NCBI GenBank assembly: GCA_964270895.1
Contig: OZ185436.1
Origin: Podarcis filfolensis
Lineage: Eukaryota
DNA: 64,000 nucleotides
Strand: one strand, 5' to 3'
Shown here: positions 63,173 through 64,000 of the stretch, in pieces
How the letters are laid out: each line of letters opens with the position of its first letter
Numbering within the stretch: the stretch's first letter is position 1
Position numbers and translations under genes: made by a program
Notes under the pieces: generated by a model
What the model was told of the DNA's origin: nothing
Seen by the model: only the letters and a program-made list of their open reading frames with translations
The model's database searches: none

Positions 63173-64000
63173 GTTTAGACCAACACTGCTTTGGCAGTTA
63201 TAACTTTAAAGAGCTTTGAGTTGACATAAGACTTGGGGACTAGGACACTCCTCACCATAATGACCAGCTACAATTGCTTTTGTGTTGATACAGCAGAAAA
63301 GGAGATGTTGGCCTTTCAATACTTAAAAAACCCACAAGGAAGTATGCTTCTAGGAGAACGATATCAGAAAAGCTTTGTGTGGGAAAATTTAAATGAGAAT
63401 TTACCTGACAGGATTTATCTGCTAAAGTTCATCATAAGCTATTTCCTTCTTTTAATTATTTATAGTTTCTACATTTCTGTTTCTTGAACAAAGAAAGACT
63501 GTGCACCTTGTGTGTCTGTAACAGGGTAATAAAAAGGATAGCCTTTCATAACGAATCTTTTTTCATTTTAATCTGCAGTGCTATAGAACTCAGGAGAAGT
63601 AAAGCCAATTGAGTATCTCCATAAATGAAGTGCAAGCTCCTTCATGGGAGGAAGCGTTTGCTGCCAGCTCCACATGGCTGGTAGGCAGCAAGCAAGCAAG
63701 CTGGGCCATAAGGCGAGTAGGAAAACCACCCCTGCCATTTCTCTCACCCACAAACATCCTTCCAAACCAACTAGAATGCAACAGTGCAGGCCCTTCTAGT
63801 TCCAGCAATTATTTTGCATCACTCTGCCATTCCCATCTCCCGCATCATACAGGGTCACCAACACAGCCCCCACAGGTAAAATGAATGAAGACCTTTGTGA
63901 GCGCCTGTGAAGCCAAAGGCACCAGGTTGGTGATCCTCACACTAGGTGATCTTGGGCCAGTCATTACGTCTCAGCCTAACCTGGGATCTTCTGAAGAAAT

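Noticed and set aside
61054-64000. Searched for the upstream MYH10 coding exons (the TYSGLFCV... exon and the ATG exon)
   Set aside because: Not found; they must lie beyond the right edge of the window.

Overview
Vertebrate genomic DNA, most likely from a squamate (lacertid-like) lizard, inferred from the Sauria SINE and lizard-type MITEs. The window holds two convergent genes. (1) MYH10 (non-muscle myosin heavy chain IIB) on the minus strand. I traced 38 constitutive coding exons from 61053 to the stop at 11241 (5429 nt, one continuous frame, all with AG acceptors and GT donors). The first two coding exons lie beyond the right edge. Three in-frame cassette exons are invisible to the ORF track: a 30-nt loop-1 exon (PESPKPVKHQ, GC donor), an 18-nt microexon (SGSLLY) and a 63-nt loop-2 exon (B2). 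There is also a U12-type minor-spliceosome intron and a UGCAUG (Rbfox) cluster. (2) The 3' end of NDEL1 on the plus strand (terminal exon 7502-7592 ending ...GMLPLSV*), with two candidate alternative exons upstream. The two 3' ends converge around a palindromic AATAAATTTATT. Introns carry SINEs, L2-like fragments and several non-autonomous DNA transposons, including a tail-to-tail fold-back MITE dimer. I found no transposase, CRISPR array or true tRNA/rRNA gene, and no clearly new biological system. The best leads are hidden splicing features and the candidate NDEL1 alternative C-termini.
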